Shown: positions 22,850 through 36,128, counted from the stretch's first letter. The stretch is DNA of 53,762 nucleotides from Octopus bimaculoides (GCF_001194135.2 NC_068984.1:3091548-3145309), one strand, 5' to 3'. Notes: a model not told the origin generated them from the letters alone. A program made the numbers and translations.

Positions 22850-22965
22850 CCGAAAGGCTATTTGTAGTATCCAAAGTTGTTTACACTAGATCGCGTCAAT
22901 CCGGAAACACAAACATCGGATTAACAAAAGGCGGTGGGGGTGGGTGGGGCGGACACGTAAAGAAT
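22850..22965. promoter_or_regulatory. Promoter-like cluster (ETS-like CCGGAA, GC box, G-tracts)
   Basis: CCGGAAAC 22901-22908, GGGGCGG 22946-22952, TGTTTAC near 22878; motif evidence only. Confidence 0.3.
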
Positions 22966-23030
22966 TCGAAAAACTTTTCGAAAGTAACTTGATCCCAGTT
23001 AGCGAAACACATAGGTGCGGNNNNNNNNNN

Positions 23031-23204
23031 GGTAGGGGGGCAATCTATTAGATCGATTCCAGTACGCAACTGGTACTTAATTTATCGACCCCGAAAGGAT
23101 GAAAGGCAAAGTCGACCTCGGTGGAATTTAGACTCAGAACGTACAGACAAACGAAATACCGCTAAACATTTCGCCAGGCGTGCTAACGATTCTGCCAGCT
23201 CGCC
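23031..23204 (-). mobile_element. SINE family B
   Basis: Near-identical to 3262-3474. Confidence 0.93.
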
Positions 23205-23393
23205 TGTATATATATATATATAGTCCCTTTGTCACTCATGAAGATATTTTTGTGGTTTTTGTGTTGTTTTAACTCTTATTTTTAGCATAAGAGGTGGTAG
23301 TCAGTACCCTTTGTCACTTTTGTGACCTCTATTAATTTTGCCTTTAAGTTCTAATTGCTAATAAGCCACCCTTTTAATTTGTTGTATACATAT

Positions 23394-23547
23394 GTGTGGT
23401 AAGCTACTTGCTTACCAACCACATGGTTCCGGGTTCAGTCCTACTGCGTGGCACCTTGGGCAAGTGTCTTCTACTATAGCCTCGGGCCAACTAAAGCCTT
23501 GTGAGTGGGTCTGGTAGACGGAAACTGAAAGAAGTCCTCGTATATAA

Positions 23548-23589
<42 letters not shown>

Positions 23590-23795
23590 TTGTATGTCTG
23601 TTTGTCCCCTCACCATCGCTCGACAATCGATGCTGGTGTGTTTACGTCCCCGTAACATTAGCAGTTCGGCAAAAGAGACCGATAGAATAAGTACTAGGCT
23701 TACAAAGAATAAGTCCTGGGGTCGATTTGTTCGACTAAAGGCGGTGCTCCAGTATGGCTGCAGTTAAATGACTGAAACAAATGAAAAGAAAAAAA
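23394..23795 (+). mobile_element. SINE family A, near full length
   Basis: Both halves with internal (TA)(TG)n. Confidence 0.94.
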
Positions 23796-24660
23796 CGAAA
23801 TATTTCATAACGTATCCTGCACTGTTTTTTTTTCTTTCCCTCTACGGATGTGTGTGTCTGTGTGTCCCCTTGTATCTGTGTGGGATATGTTGATAGGACA
23901 ACGTCATTCAATAGTAATTAGTGCGTGGATAATGTTAATTCTCATCACTTAATACTACAGTGAGATACATCCTGCTTATCTTTTCGTCTGGGATTCAAAC
24001 TTCGCATAATAAAATCCAGATTCAAAAATAATTTTAGAAGATAAGTCACCACAACAAACCACGTGGGATGGTGATGTTTGTTTGCGTCCTACAATAAATC
24101 ATGACCAATTTATTTGGCTCGGAGATTTGCAAGCCGTGCAGCTTCGTGAATTAATTATTCAAATTTGACAACTGGAATTCCATTTATTCCTCTTTCTTTT
24201 TATGGAATCATGTTGATCGTGGAGGAATTTAACGTTTTATTGGAACCGAATTTCCAAAGTGTCATTCTTTGAATATTTGAACAATGTAAACAAAGAGCAG
24301 CTATTAGATACAAAGGTTAAATATAATTTAGCAATGGGAAATAATGAATAAGAATAATTAATGAATAAGACAACAATTGAATAATTAATTTTCTGTTGTT
24401 AATAACAAGAACCGTTTTAATTGTTGTGTCAATTGAAAGTGGTGTCACCCTTAATCGTTCGCAGCTTTGGTAAGAATTTTTATTATATTTTGTGTAAATT
24501 TCTATTCCGTTTATTGTCATGATAATTCAATGATAGATTCCAACACAAATTTTGAGGTCAACAACAACAGAAGAGTAAAGAATAAATAATAAATATTTAA
24601 TATATATAAAAAACAATGCAACAGTATTGAATAATATAAAGACGGTGTTGCGTTGAATAT

Positions 24661-24865
24661 ATTCTTTTCCACTCTAGGCACAAGGCCCGGATTTTCGGGG
24701 AGGGGGTCAGTCGATTAGGTCGACCCCAGTACGCAATTGGTACTTAATCTATCGATCTCGAAAGGATGAAAGCAAAGTCGACCAAGGTGGAATTTGAACC
24801 CAGAACGTAAAGACAGATGAAATACCGCTAAGCATTTCGCCCGGCGTGTTAACGTTTCTGCCAGC
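24661..24865 (-). mobile_element. SINE family B, head at gap edge
   Basis: Near-identical to 3262-3474. Confidence 0.93.
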
Positions 24866-25457
24866 NNNNNNNNNNNNNNNNNNNNNNNNNNNNNNNNNNN
24901 NNNNNNNNNNNNNNNNNNNNNNNNNNNNNNNNNNNNNNNNNNNNNNNNNNNNNNNNNNNNNNNNNNNNNNNNNNNNNNNNNNNNNNNNNNNNNNNNNNNN
25001 NNNNNNNNNNNNNNNNNNNNNNNNNNNNNNNNNNNNNNNNNNNNNNNNNNNNNNNNNNNNNNNNNNNNNNNNNNNNNNNNNNNNNNNNNNNNNNNNNNNN
25101 NNNNNNNNNNNNNNNNNNNNNNNNNNNNNNNNNNNNNNNNNNNNNNNNNNNNNNNNNNNNNNNNNNNNNNNNNNNNNNNNNNNNNNNNNNNNNNNNNNNN
25201 NNNNNNNNNNNNNNNNNNNNNNNNNNNNNNNNNNNNNNNNNNNNNNNNNNNNNNNNNNNNNNNNNNNNNNNNNNNNNNNNNNNNNNNNNNNNNNNNNNNN
25301 NNNNNNNNNNNNNNNNNNNNNNNNNNNNNNNNNNNNNNNNNNNNNNNNNNNNNNNNNNNNNNNNNNNNNNNNNNNNNNNNNNNNNNNNNNNNNNNNNNNN
25401 NNNNNNNNNNNNNNNNNNNNNNNNNNNNNNNNNNNNNNNNNNNNNNNNNNNNNNNNN

Positions 25458-25486
25458 CGGGCCTTGTGCCTAGAGTATAAAAGAAT
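25458..25486 (+). mobile_element. SINE family B 3' end emerging from gap
   Basis: 27 of 29 nt match the reverse complement of 24661-24689. Confidence 0.8.
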
Positions 25487-25561
25487 GCTAAACATACGAC
25501 AAAATATTGTTTCACTGAATAATTTTAGAACATAAAAGAGGAAAGTAATGAGCGAATGAAG

Positions 25562-25720
25562 GAGTCTCTGCTTGGTTCGTCGGTTGACTTGAAATAACAG
25601 CCAAGTCTGACTCAAATTACATAATTCTGTACTAAAACTAAGAAGGACACACTATCACTGTAATAGCTAAATGGTTTTTGATTACAGGTCTGTGAGATCA
25701 GGCGGAACTAGGGCTAAATA
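25562..25720 (+). mobile_element. Repeat family D (SINE-like), diverged
   Basis: gaaata.cagccaa and ctagggctaaa motifs shared with 27125, 27313 and 33680. Confidence 0.55.
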
Positions 25721-26757
25721 TCAGGAGGAAAGTAATAAAAGCCACATATTTGGCGAAAGAGTTAATGGAAACTACTCTTCCCCGATCCTAGCCTTTCTAT
25801 GGTGGTTGCTCTCAGACATTAGAAACGAATTCATCTTGGCATCATTTTAAAACTGTCAGGGGTATTATTCGTTAAGTTCCTTAGTTTTCTGTGGCAGGCA
25901 GCCGTTATTGTTGGCATTTAAATGCCAGGCTGTTACAGAGTAGATTCCTAATGAGAAAAAAAAAATCAACCACAAAAAAAAGAAAGAAAGAAAAAAAGGA
26001 AGTTAGGAATTCTGATAATATCTCCCTTTCTTCATGTTGGTTCTTCCCTGAATGCCAAAATATGTAGCAACGTTGCAGAGAATACAAAGCTTTTTGATTT
26101 GGGTTCTTTACTTTGAGAATAATTTTGTCAAGTTGGTGTTGGCTGATAAGAACTGGTCTGCTGAGACGCTATGGCTGCGACTAATAGTTTGTACTGTTTA
26201 AACTAAGTGATTTCCAGAGAGTTAACATAACTTTTAAAGTTTCACGAAGAGAATTTTCTCAGTCTCCAGGCACTAAGTTCTCTGGATAATCAACAGTCTG
26301 GGGATGTATTTGGAACTAGACAGAACTACAGGCATTTTTATTTTCAGGTCAATGATTCATTAAATGTTTTTGAACTGTTTCTCTTTCTCTCTTTTTTTTC
26401 TTTCTTTTGTAAATGGACTGCATGGAATTTGGATGCCCTGAAAGAAATATTTCTTTATTTCTCCTTGGGATTATTCCTGCTATAACAAATGGCCTTTAGT
26501 TGTTTAGAAATGGATAGTAGACTTAATGCAAAGAGTGGACGTGAAGTCAAATCATTTTAAGACACTGATGGAGAGAACGGTTCGATCTAACGTAGAAACC
26601 TTTAAATTTACTCTAAAGGTTCCCATTAAAACAAACAGCATATAAAATCGTTAAAATATAAAGCAGCTGAATAAAGAATTAAACCAGTGGACTTTCTTCT
26701 AGAAATATCCACTTCTATGTTTCCAGCCTAAACAATTGAAGGTATCCAACACCAAAG

Positions 26758-26792
<35 letters not shown>

Positions 26793-27124
26793 GTCGTCGT
26801 CGTCGTTGTCATTGCTATCGATGTCGTCGTTAAGACGCCAGTCGTGAGAATAGCTGCCACACAACAGTTATTCTCTATTGTGATGGTTTATAGTGTACAG
26901 TAAGTCAGCTTTCCCCCCCTCCCCTTCACTCTTTCTACCTCTCTTTTCCCTTCACTCTTTCTACCTCTCTCCTCCCTCTTTCCCTTCTGCTATTCTCCTA
27001 TAAATATCACAAACAACTAATTAAAAAGCTGCTGGTCACACATATTTAATGAATTTCATTATGTATTTACCTGCATCGAACGGTTCTCTTCCACTCTGCC
27101 CTCTCTCTCCCTTTCTTTTCTATT

Positions 27125-27490
27125 GTCATTTAACCCCAGGCCACACCTAACTGTGACGACCAACCCGTCTTTTGTTCAGGTGTTGACGGCAACAATATTA
27201 TTTTTGGTGGACTTCTTTACGTAAAAGACAGACTAGATGGAGATTTGGCTGCTATTTTTAGCGGGTTGACTTACTTTTGTTGACTTATTGCCGTAGTAAT
27301 AACAGTGATTGCTACTGTTTAGCCCTAGGTCAATCTTAATTGCGAAAACCTACGATTAAAAGTCTTCGAAGCTAAACCAACATTTTAGAAATTGTATATC
27401 AAAGGCCGTTTCTCTAGATTATATCCTTCCTATTGTTTTTAAACAGTTGAGAAGTAATCTGAAGGACGTTTGACTGTTATGTCTAGCAAT
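27125..27490 (-). mobile_element. Two tandem diverged family D copies (about 27125-27275 and 27313-27490)
   Basis: Reverse complements contain aaatagcagccaaatctcc / cataacagtcaaacgtcc and ctggggttaaa / ctagggctaaa. Confidence 0.55.
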
Positions 27491-27728
27491 TATAACAAGT
27501 TTCATTGCTTGCTCGGTATATTTGTGGTTTTAAAACACATACACACACACACACACACACACCTCAATGTTTGTTTTTAAGTTATGATACAAGCAATTTT
27601 ACTTCAATCTGATGGATTGCTTCATACTTTTGTAGAGAACAAATTTATTCTTATACAAGAATATTATTGATAGTGACTTCGAAGTTTCTGGTCGAAACTC
27701 CAAAGTCATTGTCAATAATGTTTCCCTT

Positions 27729-27933
<205 letters not shown>

Positions 27934-27965
27934 GTTAATAATCATGTATGTTTGTATATACATGT

Positions 27966-28106
27966 ATTCTTTTATTCTTTTACTTGTTTCAGTCATTTGA
28001 CTACGGCCATGCTGGAGCACTGCCTTTTAGTCGAACAAATCGAGCTCAGGAGTTATTCTTTGTAAGCCTAGTACTTATTCTATCGGTCTGTTTTGCCGAA
28101 CCGCTA
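27966..28106 (-). mobile_element. SINE family A, 3' half
   Basis: ttacttgtttcagtcatttgact.cggccatgctggagcac...agtacttattctatcggtc. Confidence 0.92.
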
Positions 28107-28777
28107 TGTTATTTATCCACCACCGCGATGTTGCACGCTCATTGCCTCTCTTCGATATTAACGTGTATATGTGCGTGTGTATGCATGCATACATGTATGT
28201 GTGTATGCGTGTGTATGTACATGTGTGTGTGAGAGAGAGAGTGCGTGCATGTGTGTGTGTGGGTGTGTGAGCACGTGTTTCAATGTATTTTAGATTAAGT
28301 GAACGAATCAATGTAAATATGAAGGATTGTATGCGTGTGTCAGCGTATGAGAGAAAAGAATCAACAGTTTCCATAAGTCTACAGGAATGTCAGCGCCTGA
28401 AGATTGGAAGATTATGGGCAATTACCGAAAGATTTGTTCACCCAAGCCATTTAGTGTGTATGTGTGCGCGCGTGTGTGCGTGTATGTGACTGTGTGTGTG
28501 TGTATGACTGTGTGTGTGTGCATTTGTGAGTGTGTGTGTGTGTGCATTTGTGTGTGTGTGCATTTGTGAGTGTGTGCATTTGTGTGTGTGTGCACATTCA
28601 TACACACGAACACACACACACGCACACACAGACAGACAGACCCACGCACGCACGCTCGTACATGCATATATTCACACGAAGATATACAAGACAGTTTCCA
28701 GCTACCAAATTGACAGTAGACGAATGCATTAACACTACATGTGTATAAATATTTACACACACACTCACGCACACATG

Positions 28778-28834
<57 letters not shown>

Positions 28835-29412
28835 TAGGTGTGTATATAAATACACACACACATATACACATCTATATATATCTACATACACATCTATTCA
28901 AATATACATACAAACAAGCATTTCTACGCGCGCACACATACACTCACACGCATACACATACGCACATAAAACGTACATAATTTCTACATGCATACATGCA
29001 CGAACACACGCACACACACACATACATAACAGGATGGGCTTCCACACATTTTCCGTTTGGCATATTCACTCTGTCGGTCATTACGTGTGGTTTTCTATTC
29101 ATTTATAAATTCGTTGATGTTTCAGGCGTTAACCGAATCTCTAATTAGGGTTAAACAAAAAATAATAGTTACACCCACACACACTCATTACCCCTCACAT
29201 TCCAACCCAATTCCTCGCATCCTAATTACTGGCCTTCAATTTCGGTATTTTGAAATCAATTGCAAATAATAAAAATAACAACCGACCGCAACCACACATA
29301 AAGGAATTTCCGAGTTCAACTACCTAGCAGTAGCAGCAGTAGCAGCAGTAGTAGCAGTAGCAGAGGTAGCAGCAGGTGCTCGTCAAATAACGTCTCGATT
29401 GATATATTTTAC

Positions 29413-29662
29413 CTTTTATTTCGTATGTTTTCTGTCATTACATTGCGGCCATACTGGGGCACTGCCTTGAAGATTTTTTTCTTTTTGTTTGTCGAATGAA
29501 TTGACCCCAGTATTCATTCATTTCTTTTTTTTTTTAAGCCTGGTATTTGTTCTATCGGTTTGTTTTGCCGGCTGTTAGGTTACGGGGACATAAACACACC
29601 AACACCGATTGTCAACCGGTGGTGGTGGTGGTGGGAAGAACAAACACAGACACACACACACG

Positions 29663-29704
<42 letters not shown>

Positions 29705-29865
29705 CATACGACGGGCTTCTTTCCCTTTCCGTCAACCAAATCCATTCACAAGGCTTTAATCGGCCCAGGGCTATAACAGAAGACACTTACCCTTAGTGCC
29801 ACGCAGTGGGACTGAACCCAGAACCATGTGGTTGGGAAGTAAGCTTCTTACCACACAGTCAAGCC
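29413..29865 (-). mobile_element. SINE family A, near full length
   Basis: Both halves and internal (CA)n. Confidence 0.92.
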
Positions 29866-31365
29866 AAGCCTGTGTTCAATCGTTTTGTAGTGTGGTAGAT
29901 ACATATCTACCCAATCATCTACCCAATCATCTACCCCTCTGCCCCCTCTCTATCCAACCATCCACACATCCAGTTATCCACCAATCCATCCGAACATCCA
30001 TTGATCCTTCCCCCTCTCTCTTCCTCCTTTCCTTCATCCATGCCTCTAACCCTCCATCCATTCAACCAAACATCCGTCCGCATCTTCCACATTTTAAGCA
30101 TTGTTCTTTATCTAATTCCTCATCAGGAATCATCATTATCAGGGTTCCTAATGTCTTTTACGATTCTGTGCCAGTTTCCAAAATCTATATTTCATGGATG
30201 GAAACACAATGATATTTATTGATGATGAAATCGATCTCACAGGGAAATTAATTAACGAAATCTCAATTAAACATTATAGATTAAAGCAGAAACGCTTGAA
30301 CCGCAACTATGTCACTCAGTAATCTATACCCCCCCCACACACACACACATACACATGTATACACACACACGCACACACACATATATATATACATCTCTGT
30401 ACACATCTATATATATATGCATATATATATACACATCTATTCAAATATATATACAAACAAACATTTCTACGCACACACACACACACACACACACAAACAT
30501 ATACATACATACATACATACACACACACAAACACATACATACTTACATGCATGCATGCATGCAACATTTATAAAAATTTATATCTCGCATATTTAACGCA
30601 AATAAAGCTTTAGCAAATGGCTAATAACAACGGATGCGTTGAAATTCGAATTTAGAAACGTGATGTAAAATATCACTGAAGCGAAAATATGAACAGCATA
30701 TTCTCGCTAGCCATATTGAAAATATGTGCGAAGATGTTATATATTCCCCTGGTCTTTAGTAATGTCTCTTTTACCTCTAAAATTATAAAAATAAACACCT
30801 GTACATTCTTGCCATCGACGGGAGGCAAAGAATCTTTGTGAGAAAATGTTATGTCTCATGCTACTGCTATCTAGCACCTTCGGATGATCTCTACTCGACT
30901 GCTCCTCGTCAGCTATTCAACCACGACTAGACTACCTCTATTTATATGTTTTGGGCGATGCTACTTTTTCACTTAGGGGCGTCGACACAACAGAAAACAA
31001 GTGGTTTTCTTTTACGTCAGTTATGTCAGGAAACAAAATATATCGTAACCAGTTGAAATATGGACGATTCCAATTCTAAAAATCTTTATGCTGAAAAGAG
31101 CTTTTATTTGGTTATTAATACTAATATTCTGAAAAGGGTTCTTGTGGTAAGTATCTTATACACAACGCCATGTCACGTGTCAGGTTTGTTTCGTTTGTGG
31201 TGTTCCCTCTTTACGGCATGCAGCGGAGATAAAGCAATGGCTGTGCTATAAAAGATAAAACGGAGATAAAGTGTGATATAAAGCGGTAGATTAGACATGT
31301 AAATAGATAGACAAGAGATTGATTGAGTAGGAGAGAGAGAGTGAGTAGGGAAGAGAGAGAGAGGG

Positions 31366-31396
<31 letters not shown>

Positions 31397-31593
31397 TTGA
31401 CTAAAAGTCAGCAGCTTGTATGGCATTCGATCATGCGAGCAGACAGCGAAATATAGTGAGACATAAAAAACGAGTAAAAGGAAAAGAGAAAAAGAGAACT
31501 GAAAAGATAAAAGAGAGTTCTTCGTTAAAGACGATGTAAATAGAAAGGTAATGTGATAAAACAGTAATATAGAATGTGTGTGTGTGTGTATGT

Positions 31594-31631
<38 letters not shown>

Positions 31632-31729
31632 TATAAGTGTGTGCTGAGGAAAGACATTTGAAAATGAACAGAGACGAGTTGGAAGACAACTTAGATTAAG
31701 AGAAAATGATAGAAATATATATAAAGTGT

Positions 31730-31789
<60 letters not shown>

Positions 31790-31845
31790 CAGAGAAAGAG
31801 AAAGTGTGAAGGAAAATGGATCGAGGCAAATAGAATAAAAACAGT

Positions 31846-31956
31846 GGAGGTGCGCATGGCTTGGTGATCAAGGTGTTGCACTCACGACCGTAAGATTGCG
31901 GTTTCGATTACTGACCAGGCGATGCTTTGCGTTCTTGAGTAAAACAATTCATTTCA
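31846..31956 (+). mobile_element. SINE family C 5' part (tRNA-like head), truncated
   Basis: A-box-like tggcttggtg, B-box-like ggtttcgattac, then gttcttgagtaaaaca shared with 36571-36863. Confidence 0.7.
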
Positions 31957-32118
31957 TTTACATTATTTACATTATTTACATTTGATGGATATTTATCCTC
32001 ATCTTGTTTGTTGTTAACACAACGTTTCGTCTGATATACCCTCCAGCCTTCATCGGGTGTCTTGGGGAAATTTCGAACCTGGTTTCTCATTCCTCAGGTA
32101 TTTCTCGATGGTTCATAT
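31957..32118 (-). mobile_element. Penelope-like terminal repeat fragment
   Basis: Carries a minimal hammerhead motif and shares sequence with 14245-14330. Confidence 0.7.
32016..32061 (-). ncRNA. Minimal type I hammerhead ribozyme motif, degenerate or variant
   Basis: GACAC CCGATGA A GGCTG GAGGGTATAT CAGAC GAAAC GTT GTGTT: stem I, core, stem II with one mismatch, palindromic AACGTT stem III. Confidence 0.7.
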
Positions 32119-32420
32119 TGTTCCACTCCACTCAACTGGCAAAAATGAAGAACCTCGCAACAGACCAGCGTTTCGTCTAAGTGGAGACAAGGTGATATAT
32201 GCGTCACAGGATCTGGAAGACCAGCATTGTAAGCCTATGGCTCTGGAAGGACCTCTGATCCTTTTATAGAAATAAAAATTGAAACACAAGATGACATTGG
32301 AACAAAACTTGAAGATTAGCTTTTTATTTATAGCCGAGAAGCAACTTGAGTGAGCCACTGATGTAGCTTGGGCAATAAATGAAATCGTATGTATGTATGT
32401 ATGTATGTATGTATGTATGT
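32119..32420 (+). mobile_element. Unclassified retroelement 3' end (AATAAA then (GTAT)n)
   Basis: ggcaataaatgaaatc directly followed by (GTAT)n at 32387-32420. Confidence 0.4.
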
Positions 32421-32700
32421 TTGAATGTGGTGTGTGCCAGAGGGTTTGCAAATCCAATGGGGGTCTTAAAAGACATGTTAGGATCCACAATGAGCAGAAC
32501 TTACTTACAGGTATTGGTAGTGCAAATCAGAGGTGCAATCTGTGTGGGTGTTTTTTCAAAACACTGTCTGGTTTAAAAAGCCACATCAGACGCCATGAAA
32601 GGGCTAAGGTGTAGGTGCAGGAGGTGGTCAAACTCTGTTTAAGGAGTAGACAGCCACCATGTATGTATGTATGTATGTATGTATGTATGTTTATGTATTT
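32420..32700 (+). mobile_element. 5'-truncated LINE 3' end, probably RTE clade, encoding two C2H2 fingers
   Basis: FECGVCQRVCKSNGGLKRHVRIH...CNLCGCFFKTLSGLKSHIRRH, stop at 32612-32614, 45-nt UTR, (TGTA)n tail; no TGEKP linker. Confidence 0.7.
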
Positions 32701-33679
32701 TTCTGCTTCCCACCGATGGCAGGAAGGTACAGGTGATTATTTTCACAATTTAATACCAGAGACATAATTTATGTCTGGGGAAATATTACATATTTGGATA
32801 TATTTTAATATATAATGTATCATATATCATCATAGAATGTGTGTGTTTCAGTAAGTTCACATATGGCGGTGTGTTGGTGTGCGCGTGCGAATACATACCT
32901 AAATACATTAGAGAAGATTCACTAAATATTTAAATAAATAATAAAAGATAAAGATAACAAAATCAGTGAAGCAGTGTTGGCGGAGATTAGAGAAGTTAAA
33001 ACGTAAATCGGCAACAGAAAGGACAATATGGAATGATGTTTTAGTTTAACATTAAAAGAGCAACCAAGCGTGAATTAATAGAGTGTCGCTTGGGAATTTA
33101 AGCAACACTCACTTCCTGTTCATGGTCAACACATCTTAACATTTAGCTATTGATTGGTCGGACAGATGAAAAGGCAGTGAAATGGAGAGGAGGAGGTGGA
33201 GGAAGAAGAGAAGGGGATTAAATTAATGGGAAAAGGAAGACAGAACAACAAAACGAAAACATTCTGGTTTAAATTTCGTATTTCACAGTCTGGGTTTGGG
33301 TCGTATTGTATTTCCATCGTAGGTAGCAGGTGAAATATGAGGTAAGAGGCAGCAAGAGGATACGGTGGGAAGTCTGGACGGATTCACCCTTCGAAATGAC
33401 ATTGATCTGCTAAAGTTCAATAGTTGGTGCATGGTGTATAACCCTAGGTCACCTCTGAGTAAATAAATCCAGTATCACAGGCGTTCTAATTGTACCACCC
33501 AGGCTTTTTTTTTTTTCACTCGATACTGTTTGACTGGACTTATAAATTTCTATTTGGCCTTGATAAATATTTTCAGTTCACTAGACTCAAATAAAATTAG
33601 TTTCTGAACCCAATAAGATAAGGTATTAGAAATATATCAAATCTATTCAACCAACTCTACAACTTTTACAAAAAAATTG

Positions 33680-33870
33680 GTTTAGCACAGAAGAATCGGA
33701 GTTTTGAACTGGTAGAAATAGCTCCCAAATCTCCTTCAGATCATTTCTTCCAATCTTAAAATAAGGAGACATTCGAAAGTTTCATAACTGAAATAGGATA
33801 GGATGGTCATTGCTGGAATGTGTCTGATCATAGCTCTTCTGGATCACGGTTGACCTGATCACTAACAAAA
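33680..33870 (+). mobile_element. Repeat family D, diverged
   Basis: gaaatagctcccaaatctccttcagatc...ggatggtcattgctggaatg...ggttgacctg. Confidence 0.55.
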
Positions 33871-34060
33871 TGGCCAAATCTACCTTGGCAGTAAACGTGG
33901 AAATATCCAGATCAGTTACAAAAGAATATTCCTTCCTTCTTGATAATGTTGATTGTTTGCAGTGTCAGATGTCAGTGTTGGTAAGAATGCGATAAGAAGC
34001 AGCTTTGCCAGCTTTCCTGCAATTCTACTCTTCTATTTCAATATTACCAAGATCCGTAAA

Positions 34061-34220
34061 TTGGAAGAATCGGTGGAACGACGGACGAAATAACTTGAGG
34101 AATTTCTTTCAATTCTCTACGTCCTGAGCTCCGATCTCACCGATATCAACTTTAGCTTCAATCAGTCCGGAATCGATAAGGTACCAGTGAAATACTAATC
34201 GATATAATCGATACAGTTGA
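34061..34220 (+). mobile_element. Very old SINE family B copy
   Basis: tacgtcctgagctc, caactttagcttcaatc, gataaggtaccagtg, tcgatataatcgat. Confidence 0.5.
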
Positions 34221-34434
34221 TAAACGTCTCTTTCAAAGTTATTCGCATTTTACTTATCTGAGAAAGCAATTCGAGTATGATTTTAAAAATATTTTTCGAT
34301 ATTTCAAAACATAAATATTAGAAACGGTAATGATATTCCTTAGACTGGCATTTCCTCATAAGTTTAGTTAAACAGAACCTCTAAACTCTCTGCCTGTTGG
34401 AAGTTGGCTAACCTAGCAAAAATATACATTTATT

Positions 34435-34500
<66 letters not shown>

Positions 34501-35159
34501 NNNNNNNNNNNNNNNNNNNNNNNNNNNNNNNNNNNNNNNNNNNNNNNNNNNNNNNNNNNNNNNNNNNNNNNNNNNNNNNNNNNNNNNNNNNNNNNNNNNN
34601 NNNNNNNNNNNNNNNNNNNNNNNNNNNNNNNNNNNNNNNNNNNNNNNNNNNNNNNNNNNNNNNNNNNNNNNNNNNNNNNNNNNNNNNNNNNNNNNNNNNN
34701 NNNNNNNNNNNNNNNNNNNNNNNNNNNNNNNNNNNNNNNNNNNNNNNNNNNNNNNNNNNNNNNNNNNNNNNNNNNNNNNNNNNNNNNNNNNNNNNNNNNN
34801 NNNNNNNNNNNNNNNNNNNNNNNNNNNNNNNNNNNNNNNNNNNNNNNNNNNNNNNNNNNNNNNNNNNNNNNNNNNNNNNNNNNNNNNNNNNNNNNNNNNN
34901 NNAAAAGCACACACTCCCATCATTCACCCCAGTCGCTGTTTATCAGAAACTACCTTTGCTGTTCCACTTTAAGTACTTTTATGGAAATAATACCATTACA
35001 TATCATACATTATGAAGCATAGCTTGGAACTCTTTCGATCTTACAAATACTAGAACAACCACCGCCACCATCACAGCTCAGAAATAATATTCTATTCTAC
35101 TCTAGGCTAACGTTTCTGCCAGCTCGCCGCGTTGCTCAGCAATAATATTAACAGCAGGT

Positions 35160-35630
35160 TCCGAGAAAGGTTCCGAGAGGTGGTTATTCAATTTGACAAC
35201 CGAGCAAATGCCAGTATATATTGTGGTGATTCGACTTCTGAAGACGGGACAGAAACCGACAGCTTTTAGGACAGACACCAGATAGCGATGGTCCACCCTG
35301 TCAAAAGCTTTGGACTGGTCTAAACTGATCTGAAGTTTTCAATCACATCCTCTTTGTTCGAATCCTTTCTCAGCAGCGTCACCACTCCCAGACTCATACG
35401 ATTGGGAATGCTTCCTGTCTGTTACCAAGAGCAGTAGACAGCTGCTAAAATCGGTGCAAACAAGTCCGACATGTGAGCATATAGTTCATAGGGCAGACGA
35501 TCCAATCCCTGGCGATTTGAGCTCCACGCAGCGGCCCAGCATGTCTTCCGCTTCCTCCACTGAAATCGGCTTCTCGCAGCACCCTCGATATCCTTGTCCG
35601 ATTGGTTCGGCATATCTTCGACGTAAGCAT
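35160..35630 (-). mobile_element. Decayed Tx1/L1-clade reverse transcriptase fragment with internal deletion
   Basis: GLDRLPYELYAHMSDLFAPILAAVY...IP and LDQSKAFDRVDHRYLVSVLKAVGFCPVFRSRI; the D-x-x-KAFD motif of non-LTR RT. Confidence 0.88.
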
Positions 35631-35644
35631 CACTACTACTACTG

Positions 35645-35701
<57 letters not shown>

Positions 35702-35728
35702 ATAATAATAATAATAATAATAATAATA
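35631..35728. repeat. (ACT)n(AAT)n microsatellite
   Basis: Read directly. Confidence 0.95.
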
Positions 35729-36087
35729 TCTAAAAACACATTGTCGTTGAAAAACAGGAAAAGAAGGACAGCAATAATAAAAATACGAAGAAGAATGTTA
35801 ACTGGGAGAAAAAGTGCGGAAATCGTTTGTATGGAGAAGGAAGAAGCCGTAACATTTCAGTTGAATGATTCTATTGTCGCAAAATCGGTGGAAGTTACGT
35901 GTGTATAACATGGTTAACAAAGTGAAATATAGTCTTTAGATTTCCCGCAAACAATTTGCAGTCGATTTTATTAACATAAAAAGTATGACGTGGAAGTATC
36001 GCAATAGAAATGAAAGGAATTTATGCAGATTTAGGTTTTAGTGCTTACATATCATCTTGTACGTGTGTTTGTGTGTGAGCACATATA

Positions 36088-36128
<41 letters not shown>

